Of a DNA stretch of 64,000 nt, positions 48,104 to 58,023 are shown piece by piece (position 1 is the stretch's first letter; every line of letters begins with the position of its first letter). Position numbers and translations under genes: made by a program. Source of the DNA: Lysobacterales bacterium (GTDB lineage: Bacteria > Pseudomonadota > Gammaproteobacteria > Xanthomonadales > Rhodanobacteraceae); the NCBI GenBank assembly GCA_017305055.1, contig JAFKMZ010000008.1, positions 111,990-175,989 of the forward strand. The letters run 5' to 3'. The notes beneath the pieces are model-generated. The model was not told the origin of the DNA. It was given only the letters and a program-made list of their open reading frames with translations, and ran no database searches.

Positions 48104-48601
48104 TCAACGCGTCTTCTTGTCGCCCTGGCCTTTGCCGGGGGGCGTCGGCGTCAACTTGGCCGCCTGCTCCAGCACATTGCGCTGCATGGCATTCCACGCG
48201 TCCATGTTGCGCGCGGTCAGGTCGTTCAGGGTATTCCAGGGGGTCTGGCCCATCAGGCTGTCCAACTGGTTGCGGAACTGGCTCTGCTGGTCAAGGAAAA
48301 TCTGCAGGCTGCGTTCGAGATAGGGGCCCATGAAGCCCTGCAGCGAATTGCCGTAGAAGCGGATGATCTGGCTCAGCAGCCGCGGCGACAGCATGGGCTG
48401 GGCTTCGCTCTCGTGTTCGGAGATGATCTGCAGCAGCACCGAGCGGGTCAGGTCCTCGCCGCTCTTGGCGTCGCGCACCTCGAAGGGCTCGTCGTCCAGA
48501 ACCAGCTGGCGGATTTCCTCGAGCGTGATGTAGCTGGAAATTTCCGTGTCGTACAACCGCCGATTCGGATACTTTTTGATGATGCGCATGTGTTCGCTCA
48601 T
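48104..48601 (-). CDS. phaR: Polyhydroxyalkanoate synthesis repressor PhaR
   Basis: RIIKKYPNRRLYDTEISSYITLEEIRQLV is the hallmark PhaR N-terminus. Confidence 0.85.
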   Translation of the reverse strand: MSEHMRIIKKYPNRRLYDTEISSYITLEEIRQLVLDDEPFEVRDAKSGEDLTRSVLLQIISEHESEAQPMLSPRLLSQIIRFYGNSLQGFMGPYLERSLQIFLDQQSQFRNQLDSLMGQTPWNTLNDLTARNMDAWNAMQRNVLEQAAKLTPTPPGKGQGDKKTR

Positions 48602-48768
48602 TGCACTAAATTAGCAGAACATATTGCGCTGCACCAGAGGCTGGCGTGCTGTTGCCAGCGCAGCAAATCCTCGTCCGGCGGGCTTTCGCGGGCACCGGTT
48701 GCACCCGCGCATGCTGCACGCCGGCAGGGCTCGTCGCTGCATGGGCCAATGCGCGCATGCCGCCGCAT

Positions 48769-49548
48769 TCAGTCTTGCTTTGCGTCCAGGCCGAACACGC
48801 GGCGTGCATTGGCCGTGGTGGCGGCAGCCAGCGTGGACAGGGTCTCACCCCGCAGTTCGGCAATGCAGCAGGCGATGTCGGCCACACGCGCCGGCTCGTT
48901 GCGCTGGCCGCGGATCCCCGCATCCGGCTGGTCAGGTGCGTCGCTTTCCAGCAGCAGGAATTCGCTGGGCATGCTGGCGACGATCTGGCGCAATCGCCGT
49001 GCGCGCGGATAGGTGACCGGGCCACCGATACCGAGACAGAAGCCCAACTCCCAGAGTCGTGAAGCCTGTTGTTGGCTGCCGGAGAAGCTGTGCACCACGC
49101 CCCGCAGCCCGCCGACTTCGCGCAGCGTCAAGCTGACCTCTTCAAAGGCCGCGCGTGCATGCACGATGACTGGCAGCCCACGCTCGCGGGCAATTTGCAG
49201 CTGGGCCCTGAAAAAGTGCCGCTGGAGGTCGCGGTCCGGGCTCTGGGCATGGAAATCCAGGCCGATCTCGCCGATTGCCACGGCATCGCCGGCGTCGAGC
49301 CATGCAGACAAGGCCTGCACATCGTTGGGTGCATGCTGGTCAGCGAACAGCGGATGCAGCCCGTAGGCTGCATGCAAGCGATGGTTGCCGGCGCACAAAT
49401 GCCGGATGCTTGCCCAGCCGTTCCGGTCGACCCCCGGGATGACGAGCGTGCCGATGCAATTGGCCTGCGCCCGCGCCAGGACTTGCGCCCGGTCCGCGTT
49501 GAAGGCCGCATGGTCGAGGTGGACGTGGCTGTCGACGAGGGCATGCAT
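48769..49548 (-). CDS. TatD-family metal-dependent hydrolase
   Basis: LVDSHVHLD at the N-terminus, IGEIGLDF, VHSF, and ESDAPD motifs. Confidence 0.85.
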   Translation of the reverse strand: MHALVDSHVHLDHAAFNADRAQVLARAQANCIGTLVIPGVDRNGWASIRHLCAGNHRLHAAYGLHPLFADQHAPNDVQALSAWLDAGDAVAIGEIGLDFHAQSPDRDLQRHFFRAQLQIARERGLPVIVHARAAFEEVSLTLREVGGLRGVVHSFSGSQQQASRLWELGFCLGIGGPVTYPRARRLRQIVASMPSEFLLLESDAPDQPDAGIRGQRNEPARVADIACCIAELRGETLSTLAAATTANARRVFGLDAKQD

Positions 49549-49707
49549 GGACGTTCGGGTACCTGTGTGGGTGTATCGGGCTGTGTTCCCGGGCTCCCGG
49601 CCCTGGCCGATGATCTAGCTTTGATTCAGTCACATGAGGGTTCAATGAGCGCATGGCGACGATCGTGTCGCCAAACCGTGACGGGCCATACATCAAGGGA
49701 GAGGCAG

Positions 49708-50337
49708 ATGAACAGAATGCTGGTCAATGCGTTGAACATGGGGATCGCCGTGGCTCTTACCGTTGGGATCTCGGGGTGCAACCGGGATGCCGACGCCGGT
49801 ATCGCCGGCAACATCGCGCCATCCGCGGCGGGCACGGTTGCCGAGAGCAATGCCGCCAACCCGACACCTGCAGCACGCACCGCGCCGTCGGCCCAGTATG
49901 CCAAGGTGGTCAGTGTGACGCCGGTCCGCGAGTCGACCAAGGTGCCCAAGCAGGTCTGCAGCAACGAGACGGTGACCCAGGCGGCCCCGTCCCGTGATGA
50001 GCACAATCTGGTCGGTACGGCCATTGGCGCCGTTGCCGGTGGTTTGCTCGGCAACCAGGTTGGTGGCGGCAAGGGCAAGACACTGGCCACGGTGGCCGGA
50101 GCGGTGGGCGGCGGCTATGCCGGCAACCGCATCGAGGAAAACCGCCGCCAGACAAACACGACATCCAGCGTCCAACAGCACTGCGAAACCGTCCAGGTTG
50201 CCGGTCCCGAGAAGATCGTCGGTTACGACGTCGCCTACGTCTACAACGGTGTCACCCGCACCGTGCGCATGGACCATGACCCGGGCGACCGGGTGCAGGT
50301 GAAACAAGACGTCAGCGTGGTTCCGGTGTCGCGCTGA
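49708..50337 (+). CDS. Glycine-zipper 2TM lipoprotein (SlyB/17-kDa antigen-like)
   Basis: Has a lipobox (TVGISGC) and the Gly-zipper GTAIGAVAGGLLGNQVGGGKGKTLATVAGAVGGGYAGN. Confidence 0.7.
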   Translation: MNRMLVNALNMGIAVALTVGISGCNRDADAGIAGNIAPSAAGTVAESNAANPTPAARTAPSAQYAKVVSVTPVRESTKVPKQVCSNETVTQAAPSRDEHNLVGTAIGAVAGGLLGNQVGGGKGKTLATVAGAVGGGYAGNRIEENRRQTNTTSSVQQHCETVQVAGPEKIVGYDVAYVYNGVTRTVRMDHDPGDRVQVKQDVSVVPVSR

Positions 50338-50377
50338 GCGAGCGGCGGATTCAGCTGACCATCCCACTGTAAGGAGA

Positions 50378-50875
50378 ATGCGCATGCACATGACCACAGG
50401 CAAATTCGCAATGGCGGCTGCTTTTTCAGGCGCCTTGGCCATGGCTGGTTGCGCCAGCCAACCCTACGGCAACAGTGGCCGCTACGATCGTGGCTACACG
50501 CAGTCCAGCCAGTACGGCGGCTCCACCCGCTGCGCCAACTGCGGCGTGGTACAGGAAGTGCAGCAGGTTTACCTCGACGGCGGCAATGGCAACGGCGGGA
50601 CCTTGGGTGCCATCGTTGGCGCCGTGGCAGGCGGCCTGTTGGGCAACACGATTGGCAAGGGCGACGGGCGCAAGGCGGCAACCGTTGGCGGTGCCGTGGC
50701 GGGCGGCATGGTGGGCAACCAGATCGGCAAGAGCAATTCTGGCGGCAGCACTGCATGGCGCATCGTGGTGCGGCGCGACGATGGCCAATACGTGACGGTC
50801 ACGCAACGCGAGAATCCCGGCGTGCGCAGCGGTGACTACGTCGAGATCCGCAACGACCACGTTTACGTACGTTGA
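50378..50875 (+). CDS. Glycine-zipper 2TM lipoprotein, second paralogue
   Basis: Has a lipobox (ALAMAGC) and GAIVGAVAGGLLGNTIGKGDGRKAATVGGAVAGGMVGN. Confidence 0.7.
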   Translation: MRMHMTTGKFAMAAAFSGALAMAGCASQPYGNSGRYDRGYTQSSQYGGSTRCANCGVVQEVQQVYLDGGNGNGGTLGAIVGAVAGGLLGNTIGKGDGRKAATVGGAVAGGMVGNQIGKSNSGGSTAWRIVVRRDDGQYVTVTQRENPGVRSGDYVEIRNDHVYVR

Positions 50876-50940
50876 TCCGGCGTGTTTGTGGTGGACGGCC
50901 AGCCGTCCATGGCCATTGACGCGCACCTGCTGCAGATGTG

Positions 50941-50968
50941 AACAGGCCGCCCCGTTGGGCGGCCTGTT
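50941..50968. terminator. Bidirectional hairpin between convergent genes (12-bp stem)
   Basis: AACAGGCCGCCC-CGTT-GGGCGGCCTGTT is a perfect stem. The flanking U-tracts are weak. Confidence 0.45.
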
Positions 50969-50999
50969 GCACTTACGGCAATGGAGAAAAGACGCCCGC

Positions 51000-51434
51000 T
51001 CAGTTCACGACGTAGAAGGCATGGTCGCCAATCGTGACGCTGGGGCGCTTGAACGACCAGTCGGGTACCACGGCAAGCGTGGCGAAGTGATCGGCATGTG
51101 GCACGAGGATGTGGCGTTGCGCGACGGGCAAGCTCCAGTTGTGGATCGACTGCCCGGAAATCGCCCACGCCTGCTGGTACGCCTCGAGGTTGCTGATCGC
51201 GAATGAGCCGGGAGTGGTCGTCGTCGCAAACTGGTGCGGTGCGGTCACCACCTGGCACAGTGTCTTTCCCCAGTTGCCGCGATCGCGGCGCCGCAGGGCG
51301 ACTTCGGCCACGGCCGCCTGGCCGTTCGCGCTCTCGCCGCGTGCCTCCAGATAGACCGTGGTCGCCAGGCACGCATGCTCGGCTACGGGTTGGGGCATCA
51401 ATGTGGTAAGCCACAACAAGATGGACAGGGTCAT
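51000..51434 (-). CDS. Cell wall hydrolase (SleB/Hydrolase_2 family)
   Basis: Signal peptide, then CLATTVYLEARGES..GQAAVAEVALRR and QFA..., typical of Hydrolase_2. Confidence 0.7.
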   Translation of the reverse strand: MTLSILLWLTTLMPQPVAEHACLATTVYLEARGESANGQAAVAEVALRRRDRGNWGKTLCQVVTAPHQFATTTTPGSFAISNLEAYQQAWAISGQSIHNWSLPVAQRHILVPHADHFATLAVVPDWSFKRPSVTIGDHAFYVVN

Positions 51435-51894
51435 TGCGTTGCCTCCAGTTGGCTGAACGCACAGGCAGTAGAAACCGGTGTGTCAGGGGGCGGTCGGGCA
51501 AACGGGCCATTCCGCCTGGATGGATCAATTCCGCGCAAAACAGTGCAACAACTGCTCGACCACGGGCTGTGGTTGAAACGGTGATGCAGCACCGGTGTAT
51601 GACGTTTTGATTGGGCTCCTGTGTGCAGCGTCTGCTGCAACTGCCAAGACACTTCCAGCACGCATGCCGGTTGCATGGAGGAGACAAGCCATCCGGCGTT
51701 GAAGCCGGGTCGCGCCGATTCGGAGTCTTCCGATTCGTCGCGTGATTCGAATGTCGTCAAGACATCCCGCAGAGAAAGCTACCGAAGGCTAGCGGCATGC
51801 AACGGCGCTGGCAAGTGGCAATTGTCGTTTGTTCACTAGGCGGTCATTTTTTCCGACCCCGCCCCTGCGGGCAAAAATGCACTGCGGCAATCCA

Positions 51895-52698
51895 TCAGGC
51901 CGGCCAAACCCGCTGCAACTGTACTGTTGATTCAGATGTATAGACGGCTGGACGTCCATTCTTGAAATCCATCACTGCGCTTTCGTCGAGCACGGCAAGC
52001 GCCTCGAACCCGGGGTCGACAGGCACGACGTCGAGTACGCGACCGGTTTCACGGTTGCCGGCGCACAGCGCTTCGCCGGCATGCATGGCATCTGGGGAAG
52101 CCAGGCTGCACAGGTGTTGCTTGTGTGCGCCACGGAAGTGCAGGCGCGCGACGATCTCCTGCCCGGGATAGCATCCCTTGTCGGTCACCACCGCCCGCAG
52201 GCGCAGCAACGACAATGCCGGAGCCAGCCATTGGCCGAGTTCCGCTGCGGGCAGCCAGGGCCACCCCGCACGCACTTGCTGCGTGCACCAGTCGGGCATC
52301 TCTTCGCCTGGTGCAGCGAGGTACATGCCGTGCCCCCCGCAGCCCAGGCCGAGCGTCCCGCGGCTGCCGCAAAGCCTGTGCAGCGGTGCCGCTGGTCCGC
52401 CATGGAGCTGGCAGGGTGCGGCAGCGAGGATCGTCACCCGGGAGCGGAACACGAAGCGGCGCAGCGCTGCGGCAACCGCCTCGCCATCACCTCCGCGCAA
52501 CAGCATGACCAGGGTCTGGTCGCTGCTACGCGCCAAATGAAACAATGCCTGCACGCGCCCGCGGGCATCCAGCCATGCGCTGAATTGCCATTGCCCGACT
52601 GCAAGCATGTTGACCGGACTGCTGAACTGGGCATGGGCAAACGCCACGGCGTCGGGGCCGGTGATTTCAATGGTATGGGCCAGTCGCGGGACAATCAT
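51895..52698 (-). CDS. ygfZ: Folate-binding Fe-S cluster repair/tRNA-modification protein YgfZ
   Basis: Contains the signature KGCYPGQEIVARLHFRG. The GcvT-like N-terminal includes ITGPDAVAFAHAQFS. Confidence 0.75.
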   Translation of the reverse strand: MIVPRLAHTIEITGPDAVAFAHAQFSSPVNMLAVGQWQFSAWLDARGRVQALFHLARSSDQTLVMLLRGGDGEAVAAALRRFVFRSRVTILAAAPCQLHGGPAAPLHRLCGSRGTLGLGCGGHGMYLAAPGEEMPDWCTQQVRAGWPWLPAAELGQWLAPALSLLRLRAVVTDKGCYPGQEIVARLHFRGAHKQHLCSLASPDAMHAGEALCAGNRETGRVLDVVPVDPGFEALAVLDESAVMDFKNGRPAVYTSESTVQLQRVWPA

Positions 52699-52817
52699 GG
52701 TACGGGGCAGGGTAGGTATGATCGCGACTGCAGGGGGTCGCCTCGCACCTCTTCCGCGGCTTCTTGGAGTTGTACGCGCATGCCTCAAGTATTACCCTTT
52801 CTGGGCTGAAAAACGCC

Positions 52818-53006
52818 ATGTCTGAACGACCACTCATCAATGACACGCCTGCCACCCGGACGCCGGGCGACAGTCCGGATGCGCGCGTCGAGGGGGCGGA
52901 GGGTGACAAGGCGCGCAAGAAGGCGCCATTGGCGCGGGAGCCTTCGGACCTCGATCCGACGCGCTATGGTGACTGGGAGAAGAATGGGCGCTGCATCGAT
53001 TTTTGA
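52818..53006 (+). CDS. DUF1674 (SDHAF4-like) small protein
   Basis: The C-terminal EPTRYGDWEKNGRCIDF is the DUF1674 signature. It lies just upstream of sdhC. Confidence 0.7.
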   Translation: MSERPLINDTPATRTPGDSPDARVEGAEGDKARKKAPLAREPSDLDPTRYGDWEKNGRCIDF

Positions 53007-53103
53007 GTGCCTTTGAGTGGCAACGACAGAGCCATTGTGAGCAGCCCCGCCGCCATGGGGACTCTGCCGCGCCGTACTAGGATTCGCAATTAGGACCGCT
53101 GCC

Positions 53104-53499
53104 ATGGCACCAACACCAAGACCCACTTCTCCGAATATCCAGATTTACCGTTGGCAGGTGCAAATGGTGAGCTCGATCCTGCATCGAGCCACGGGCATCG
53201 CCCTGGCGGTCGGCACCCTGGTTGTCGTCTGCGGCCTGCTCAAGCTTGCGGGTGGCGAGGACGGCTTCAATGGGTTCCGTGCGCTGCTCGGTACCCCAGT
53301 CGGGATGCTCTTGATGCTGGGTTGGAGCTGGGCGCTGTTCTACCATTTGTGCAACGGCATACGCCACCTCGTGCAGGACGGCGGCGCCGGGTACAAGATT
53401 CCGCAGTTCGTGCGCTCCAGCTGGCTGTCCGTCATTGGCAGCGTGGTGCTCACGGTCATCGTATGGGTTTACGTACTGGCGGCTGGGGGTGCGGCATGA
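53104..53499 (+). CDS. sdhC: Succinate dehydrogenase cytochrome b556 subunit
   Basis: RPTSPNIQIYRWQVQMVSSILHRATG, three TM segments, and the expected position. Confidence 0.85.
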   Translation: MAPTPRPTSPNIQIYRWQVQMVSSILHRATGIALAVGTLVVVCGLLKLAGGEDGFNGFRALLGTPVGMLLMLGWSWALFYHLCNGIRHLVQDGGAGYKIPQFVRSSWLSVIGSVVLTVIVWVYVLAAGGAA

Positions 53500-53900
53500 G
53501 CACAAAAGAGGTGGTGGTGGGCGATCGCCGCAGCCCCCTCAAGATCGCGCGTGGATTGGGCTCGTCGCATTCGGGCGCACACCACTGGTGGGTGCAGCGG
53601 GTGACTGCGGCGGCCCTGGTCGGGCTCGGAATCTGGTTCGTCATCCTCGTGTTGAGCCTGCTCGGCGCTGACTTCGAAGCAGCGCGCGCGCGCGTCGCAC
53701 AACCGTGGAACGCATTGCTGATGGTCGCGTTCCTGGTGGCGATGTTCTGGCATGCGGCGCTCGGCCTGCAGGTCGTCATCGAGGACTACGTGCACACGCG
53801 ATGGAAGGAAGTGGTCGCGCTGGTCGCGGTGTACTTCCTCGCCTTCCTTGGTGCGTTCGCCGCCGTGCTGGCTGTGCTGCGCATCGCACTGACTCCCTGA
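53496..53900 (+). CDS. sdhD: Succinate dehydrogenase membrane anchor subunit
   Basis: [17 protein letters not shown]..., three TM segments, and an ATG that overlaps the sdhC stop. Confidence 0.85.
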   Translation: MSTKEVVVGDRRSPLKIARGLGSSHSGAHHWWVQRVTAAALVGLGIWFVILVLSLLGADFEAARARVAQPWNALLMVAFLVAMFWHAALGLQVVIEDYVHTRWKEVVALVAVYFLAFLGAFAAVLAVLRIALTP

Positions 53901-53920
53901 AAGGCCAAGGATACCGTTTC

Positions 53921-55708
53921 ATGGAAAGCTACAAGATCCAGCAGCATCTGTACGATGTGATCGTCGTCGGCGCCGGCGGCTCAGGCCTTCGCGCCACATT
54001 CGGGCTGGCGGAAAAGGGCCTCAGGGCGGCATGCATCAGCAAGGTGTTCCCAACCCGCTCGCATACCGTCGCTGCCCAGGGTGGGATCTCCGCCGCGCTC
54101 GGCAACATGCACCCGGACGACTGGCGCTTCCACTTCTACGATACGGTCAAGGGTGGCGACTGGCTGGGTGACCAGGACGCGATCGAGTACATGTGCAAGG
54201 ACGCGCCGCGCGCGATCTACGAGCTCGAGCACCAGGGCCTGCCGTTTTCGCGCACCGAAGAGGGCAAGATCTACCAGCGCCCGTTCGGTGGCATGTCGAC
54301 GAACTACGGCAAGGAGCAGGCGCAGCGCACGTGTGCGGCAGCCGATCGCACCGGCCACGCCATGCTGCACGCGCTGTATCAGCAGGCGCTGGCGCACGGC
54401 GCCTCGATCTTCGTCGAATACTTCGTGATCGACCTGATCTTCGACGAGGCAGGCGTATGCCAGGGTGTGCTGGCGCTGGACATGAACGAAGGGACCATGC
54501 ATTTCTTCCGCGGTCACGCGGTCATCCTGGCAACTGGCGGTTACGGCCGCGCGTACTTCAGCTGCACCTCCGCACACACCTGCACCGGTGACGGTGGCGG
54601 CATGGTGCTGCGTGCCGGCCTGGCGCTGCAGGACATGGAATTCGTGCAGTTCCATCCCACCGGGATCTACGGCGCGGGGTGCCTGATCACCGAGGGGGTG
54701 CGTGGCGAGGGCGGTTTCCTTACCAACTCGGCGGGCGAGCGCTTCATGGAGCGCTATGCGCCGCACGCCAAGGACTTGGCCTCGCGTGACGTGGTCAGTC
54801 GCGCGATGACCGTGGAGATCAACGAGGGTCGTGGCGTCGGTGAGCACAAGGACCACCTGCTGCTCAACCTGATGCACCTGGGCCCCGAGGTCATCCATCT
54901 GCGCCTGCCAGGGATTGCCGAATCGGCACGCATCTTTGCCGGCGTCGACGTCACCAAGGAGCCCATTCCGGTCTTGCCGACGGTGCACTACGTCATGGGC
55001 GGCATCCCCACCGACATCCATGGCCAGGTGGTACAGAAGCGCGGCGATGACGTCGATGCACGCGTACCCGGCCTGTTCGCGGTGGGCGAGGCGGCATGCG
55101 TGTCCGTGCATGGCGGCAACCGCCTGGGGTCGAATTCGTTGCTGGACCTGGTGGTGTTCGGACGTGCGGTGGCAGAGCGTTGTGCGGAGTTGATCAAGCC
55201 GGATACTCCGCACCGCGATGTACCCGCGACGCTGCTGGACAAGGCGCTGGCGCGCTTCGACGCCCTGCGCAACGCCAATGGCGGCACGCCGACGGCGCAA
55301 TTGCGCGTCAAGATGCAACGCACGATGCAGAAATACGCCGCCGTGTTCCGCACCGGTGAGACCCTGGCCGAGGGCAAGCAGAAGATTTCCGAGGTGTTCG
55401 AGCAGTTCAAGGACATCCACGTCAGCGACCGTTCGCTGATCTGGAACTCCGATCTGATCGAGACCCTGGAATTGGCCAACCTGCTCGAGCAGGCCGTGGC
55501 CACCATGCACTCGGCCGAGCAGCGCACCGAGACCCGGGGTGCGCATGCGCGGGAGGATTTCACCGAGCGCGACGACGTCAACTGGCTCAAGCACACCCTG
55601 GTGTGGGTGGATCAGGAAGGGAAGACCCGCTTCGACTATCGCCCGGTGCACCTGCATACCTTGACCGACGAGGTCGAGCCGGTACCGCTGGGCAAGCGCG
55701 TCTATTGA
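53921..55708 (+). CDS. sdhA: Succinate dehydrogenase flavoprotein subunit
   Basis: [21 protein letters not shown] (the His for covalent FAD), and FHPTG. 595 aa. Confidence 0.95.
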   Translation: MESYKIQQHLYDVIVVGAGGSGLRATFGLAEKGLRAACISKVFPTRSHTVAAQGGISAALGNMHPDDWRFHFYDTVKGGDWLGDQDAIEYMCKDAPRAIYELEHQGLPFSRTEEGKIYQRPFGGMSTNYGKEQAQRTCAAADRTGHAMLHALYQQALAHGASIFVEYFVIDLIFDEAGVCQGVLALDMNEGTMHFFRGHAVILATGGYGRAYFSCTSAHTCTGDGGGMVLRAGLALQDMEFVQFHPTGIYGAGCLITEGVRGEGGFLTNSAGERFMERYAPHAKDLASRDVVSRAMTVEINEGRGVGEHKDHLLLNLMHLGPEVIHLRLPGIAESARIFAGVDVTKEPIPVLPTVHYVMGGIPTDIHGQVVQKRGDDVDARVPGLFAVGEAACVSVHGGNRLGSNSLLDLVVFGRAVAERCAELIKPDTPHRDVPATLLDKALARFDALRNANGGTPTAQLRVKMQRTMQKYAAVFRTGETLAEGKQKISEVFEQFKDIHVSDRSLIWNSDLIETLELANLLEQAVATMHSAEQRTETRGAHAREDFTERDDVNWLKHTLVWVDQEGKTRFDYRPVHLHTLTDEVEPVPLGKRVY

Positions 55709-55860
55709 TCACACGCCCCGGCGGGGTCTGCCTGCCCCGCGCCTTGCCGTCGCGATGCGCAGGCAGCCAGGCTGGGACGGGACAAGGCCATGGTGACGCC
55801 GCGCTGCGCACGCCATGGGTGGAAGGTATTTGCGACACGCGGTTTTAGGAGAATCCTGCG

Positions 55861-56637
55861 ATGGCCAATTTCACCCTGCCGAAGAATTCCAAGATGCGGA
55901 TCGGCAAGTACTATCCGGCGCCCGGCGCCAGCAAGCCGCGCACGTTCCGCATCTACCGCTGGTCACCGGATGACGGGCAGAATCCGCGCATCGACACCTT
56001 CGAGGTCGATACCGCGCAGTGCGGACCCATGGTCCTGGACGCCCTGCTGAAGATCAAGAACGAAGTCGATGCCACGCTCACCCTGCGCCGCTCATGCCGC
56101 GAAGGCGTGTGCGGCAGTTGCGCCATGAACATCAACGGCACCAACTGGCTGGCCTGCACCCAGGCCATCGACGACCTCAGCGGCGACATCAAGATCTATC
56201 CGCTGCCGAGCATGCCGGTGGTCAAGGACCTGGTGCCGGACCTGACGCATTTCTACGCCCAGTTCGCCTCGATCAAGCCCTGGATCCGCACGCAAAGCCC
56301 GGCGCCTTCGGCCGAGCGCCTGCAGTCGCCTGAAGAGCGTGAAAAGCTCACCGGCTTCTACGAGTGCATCCTCTGTGCCTGCTGCACGGCAGGCTGCCCC
56401 AGCCATTGGTGGAACGGCGATCGCTACCTCGGGCCGGCCGTACTGCTGCAGGCCTACCGCTGGCTGATCGACAGCCGCGACGAGGCCACCAACGAGCGCC
56501 TGGACGACCTGGAAGACCCATTCAAGCTGTATCGCTGCCACACCATCCTCAATTGCACGCGCACCTGCCCCAAGGGCTTGAACCCGGCCAAGGCCATTGC
56601 CGAGATCAAGAAGATGATGGTCGCCCGTCGCGGTTGA
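55861..56637 (+). CDS. sdhB: Succinate dehydrogenase iron-sulfur subunit
   Basis: Three Cys clusters: [30 protein letters not shown] and [14 protein letters not shown]. Confidence 0.95.
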   Translation: MANFTLPKNSKMRIGKYYPAPGASKPRTFRIYRWSPDDGQNPRIDTFEVDTAQCGPMVLDALLKIKNEVDATLTLRRSCREGVCGSCAMNINGTNWLACTQAIDDLSGDIKIYPLPSMPVVKDLVPDLTHFYAQFASIKPWIRTQSPAPSAERLQSPEEREKLTGFYECILCACCTAGCPSHWWNGDRYLGPAVLLQAYRWLIDSRDEATNERLDDLEDPFKLYRCHTILNCTRTCPKGLNPAKAIAEIKKMMVARRG

Positions 56638-56701
56638 ATACCGCACGGCCCACACGGCAGTTCGGGTGCCATGCCTTGCCAGGCTGACGGAGTCGCGATC
56701 C

Positions 56702-56965
56702 ATGACGCCAGACACAAGCAGTGCCGCACGCCGCAAGCGCCTGGGCTGGCGCGTGCGACGTGGCACGAAGGAACTGGACATCCTGTTCGGCACCTGGCTG
56801 GACGAGCACTACGATGCCGCCGATGCCGTGCAGCAGGCAGCCTTCGATGCCTTGCTGGACCAGCAGGATCCCGACCTGTGGGACTGGGTCATGGGCTATG
56901 CGCCGGCGCCACGTGCCGAATGGCAGGCGATCATCGATGACATCCGCACCCGCCATCACCTTTGA
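56702..56965 (+). CDS. sdhE: FAD assembly factor SdhE (YgfY/DUF339)
   Basis: Contains the RGTKELDILF motif (RGxxE) and ends with a W..ID-type C-terminal. Confidence 0.8.
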   Translation: MTPDTSSAARRKRLGWRVRRGTKELDILFGTWLDEHYDAADAVQQAAFDALLDQQDPDLWDWVMGYAPAPRAEWQAIIDDIRTRHHL

Positions 56966-57374
56966 ATATAGGCCGTCCGCGCGCCTGCGCTGGGCGGGCC
57001 TCGGCATCGCCGGGTTGGCGCTGGCCGCGATTGGCTTGAGTGCATTGCCGTGGTGGGGAAGGGCGGCGCTGGCGGTGGTGGTGCTCGTGGCAACCGTACG
57101 CGAGCAGTACCGGTTGCAGCACGCGTCCACACTCGCCGTCGGCTGGAACGTGGACGGCCAGTGGACGCTGCATGCCGTCGCAGCGGACGAAGTCGTGGTA
57201 ACCCTGTCGTCGTTTCGTACGCTGGGTGGCTGGGTGCAGCTGCGGCTTGCATTGCCCGAACGCTGCTTTCAATGCCTGGTCCTGGCCAGTGACAACAGCG
57301 ATCCAGGGCTGCGTCGGCGTTTGCGCATGCGCCTGGCAACGGTGCAGGCTGACGCGACGTCGCCACGCATCTGA
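56937..57374 (+). CDS. YgfX/CptA-like inner-membrane protein (DUF1434-like)
   Basis: A two-TM N-terminal (WAGLGIAGLALAAIGLSALPWWGRAALAVVVLVATV) and a position immediately after sdhE, as with ygfX in enterics. The sequence assignment is weak. Confidence 0.45.
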   Translation: MTSAPAITFEYRPSARLRWAGLGIAGLALAAIGLSALPWWGRAALAVVVLVATVREQYRLQHASTLAVGWNVDGQWTLHAVAADEVVVTLSSFRTLGGWVQLRLALPERCFQCLVLASDNSDPGLRRRLRMRLATVQADATSPRI

Positions 57375-57553
57375 GAGTCCCGGCAATGTTGGGCCGATGA
57401 CGGCCTGCCGAGCATGGCGATTCTTGCCCGTCATGACATCCTGCCCGCCGGGTTCACACCGCACGCACAGGCGCATGGGTACAAATGGATACGCCGCAAG
57501 CCGCGGTGACCCAGAAGTGGAGGCCATGCGTGGACAGGAATCGAACCGAAGGG

Positions 57554-57709
57554 ATGAAGCGTGAAATCAAGGGCGCCATCAAGGAAGGCGCCGGCAAACT
57601 GACAGGCAACAAGGCCAGGGAAGTCAGCGGCAACATCGAGAAAAACGCCGGCAAGGTGCAGAAGGCCGTGGGCAAGGCCGCCGACCGGGCGCGTGCGGGC
57701 GCCAAGTAG
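57554..57709 (+). CDS. CsbD-family stress protein
   Basis: MKREIKGAIKEGAGKLTGNKAREVSGNIEKNAGKVQKAVGKAAD. Confidence 0.8.
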   Translation: MKREIKGAIKEGAGKLTGNKAREVSGNIEKNAGKVQKAVGKAADRARAGAK

Positions 57710-57791
57710 CGGTATTGACCGGTGAGCGCCAGCGTCCCCATGGGCTGGCTGGCGGTTGACGCGATTGCGCTGCGCTCTGTGGCTATGAGGA

Positions 57792-57826
57792 AAGCCGGCT
57801 CCCTGTTCCCGGGAGCTGGCTTTTTT
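57792..57826 (+). terminator. Rho-independent terminator downstream of csbD
   Basis: AGCCGGCTCCC-TGTTCC-CGGGAGCTGGCT followed by TTTTTTG. Confidence 0.7.
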
Positions 57827-58023
57827 GTTGGTCAACCGCCGGGTGGCTGCACCTGTGCTGGCGGCGGCTGAACGCGGCGCATCCTGGGCTCGGGGACAAC
57901 CGGTTCGTGCGGCGGATCGACCACCGGAATATCCGGGGGCTGCGGGCCAGGCACGGGATGGTCGGATCGGGCGGTGGTGCCGGCGCCGGATCGGGTGGGA
58001 CGTGCCCGGGTGAGGGCGGTACC

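Noticed and set aside
51435-51700. A possible cyclic-di-nucleotide riboswitch upstream of the cell-wall hydrolase.
   Set aside because: I could not align the sequence to GEMM-I/II or ydaO consensus elements by eye. It is reported only as an unexplained long leader.
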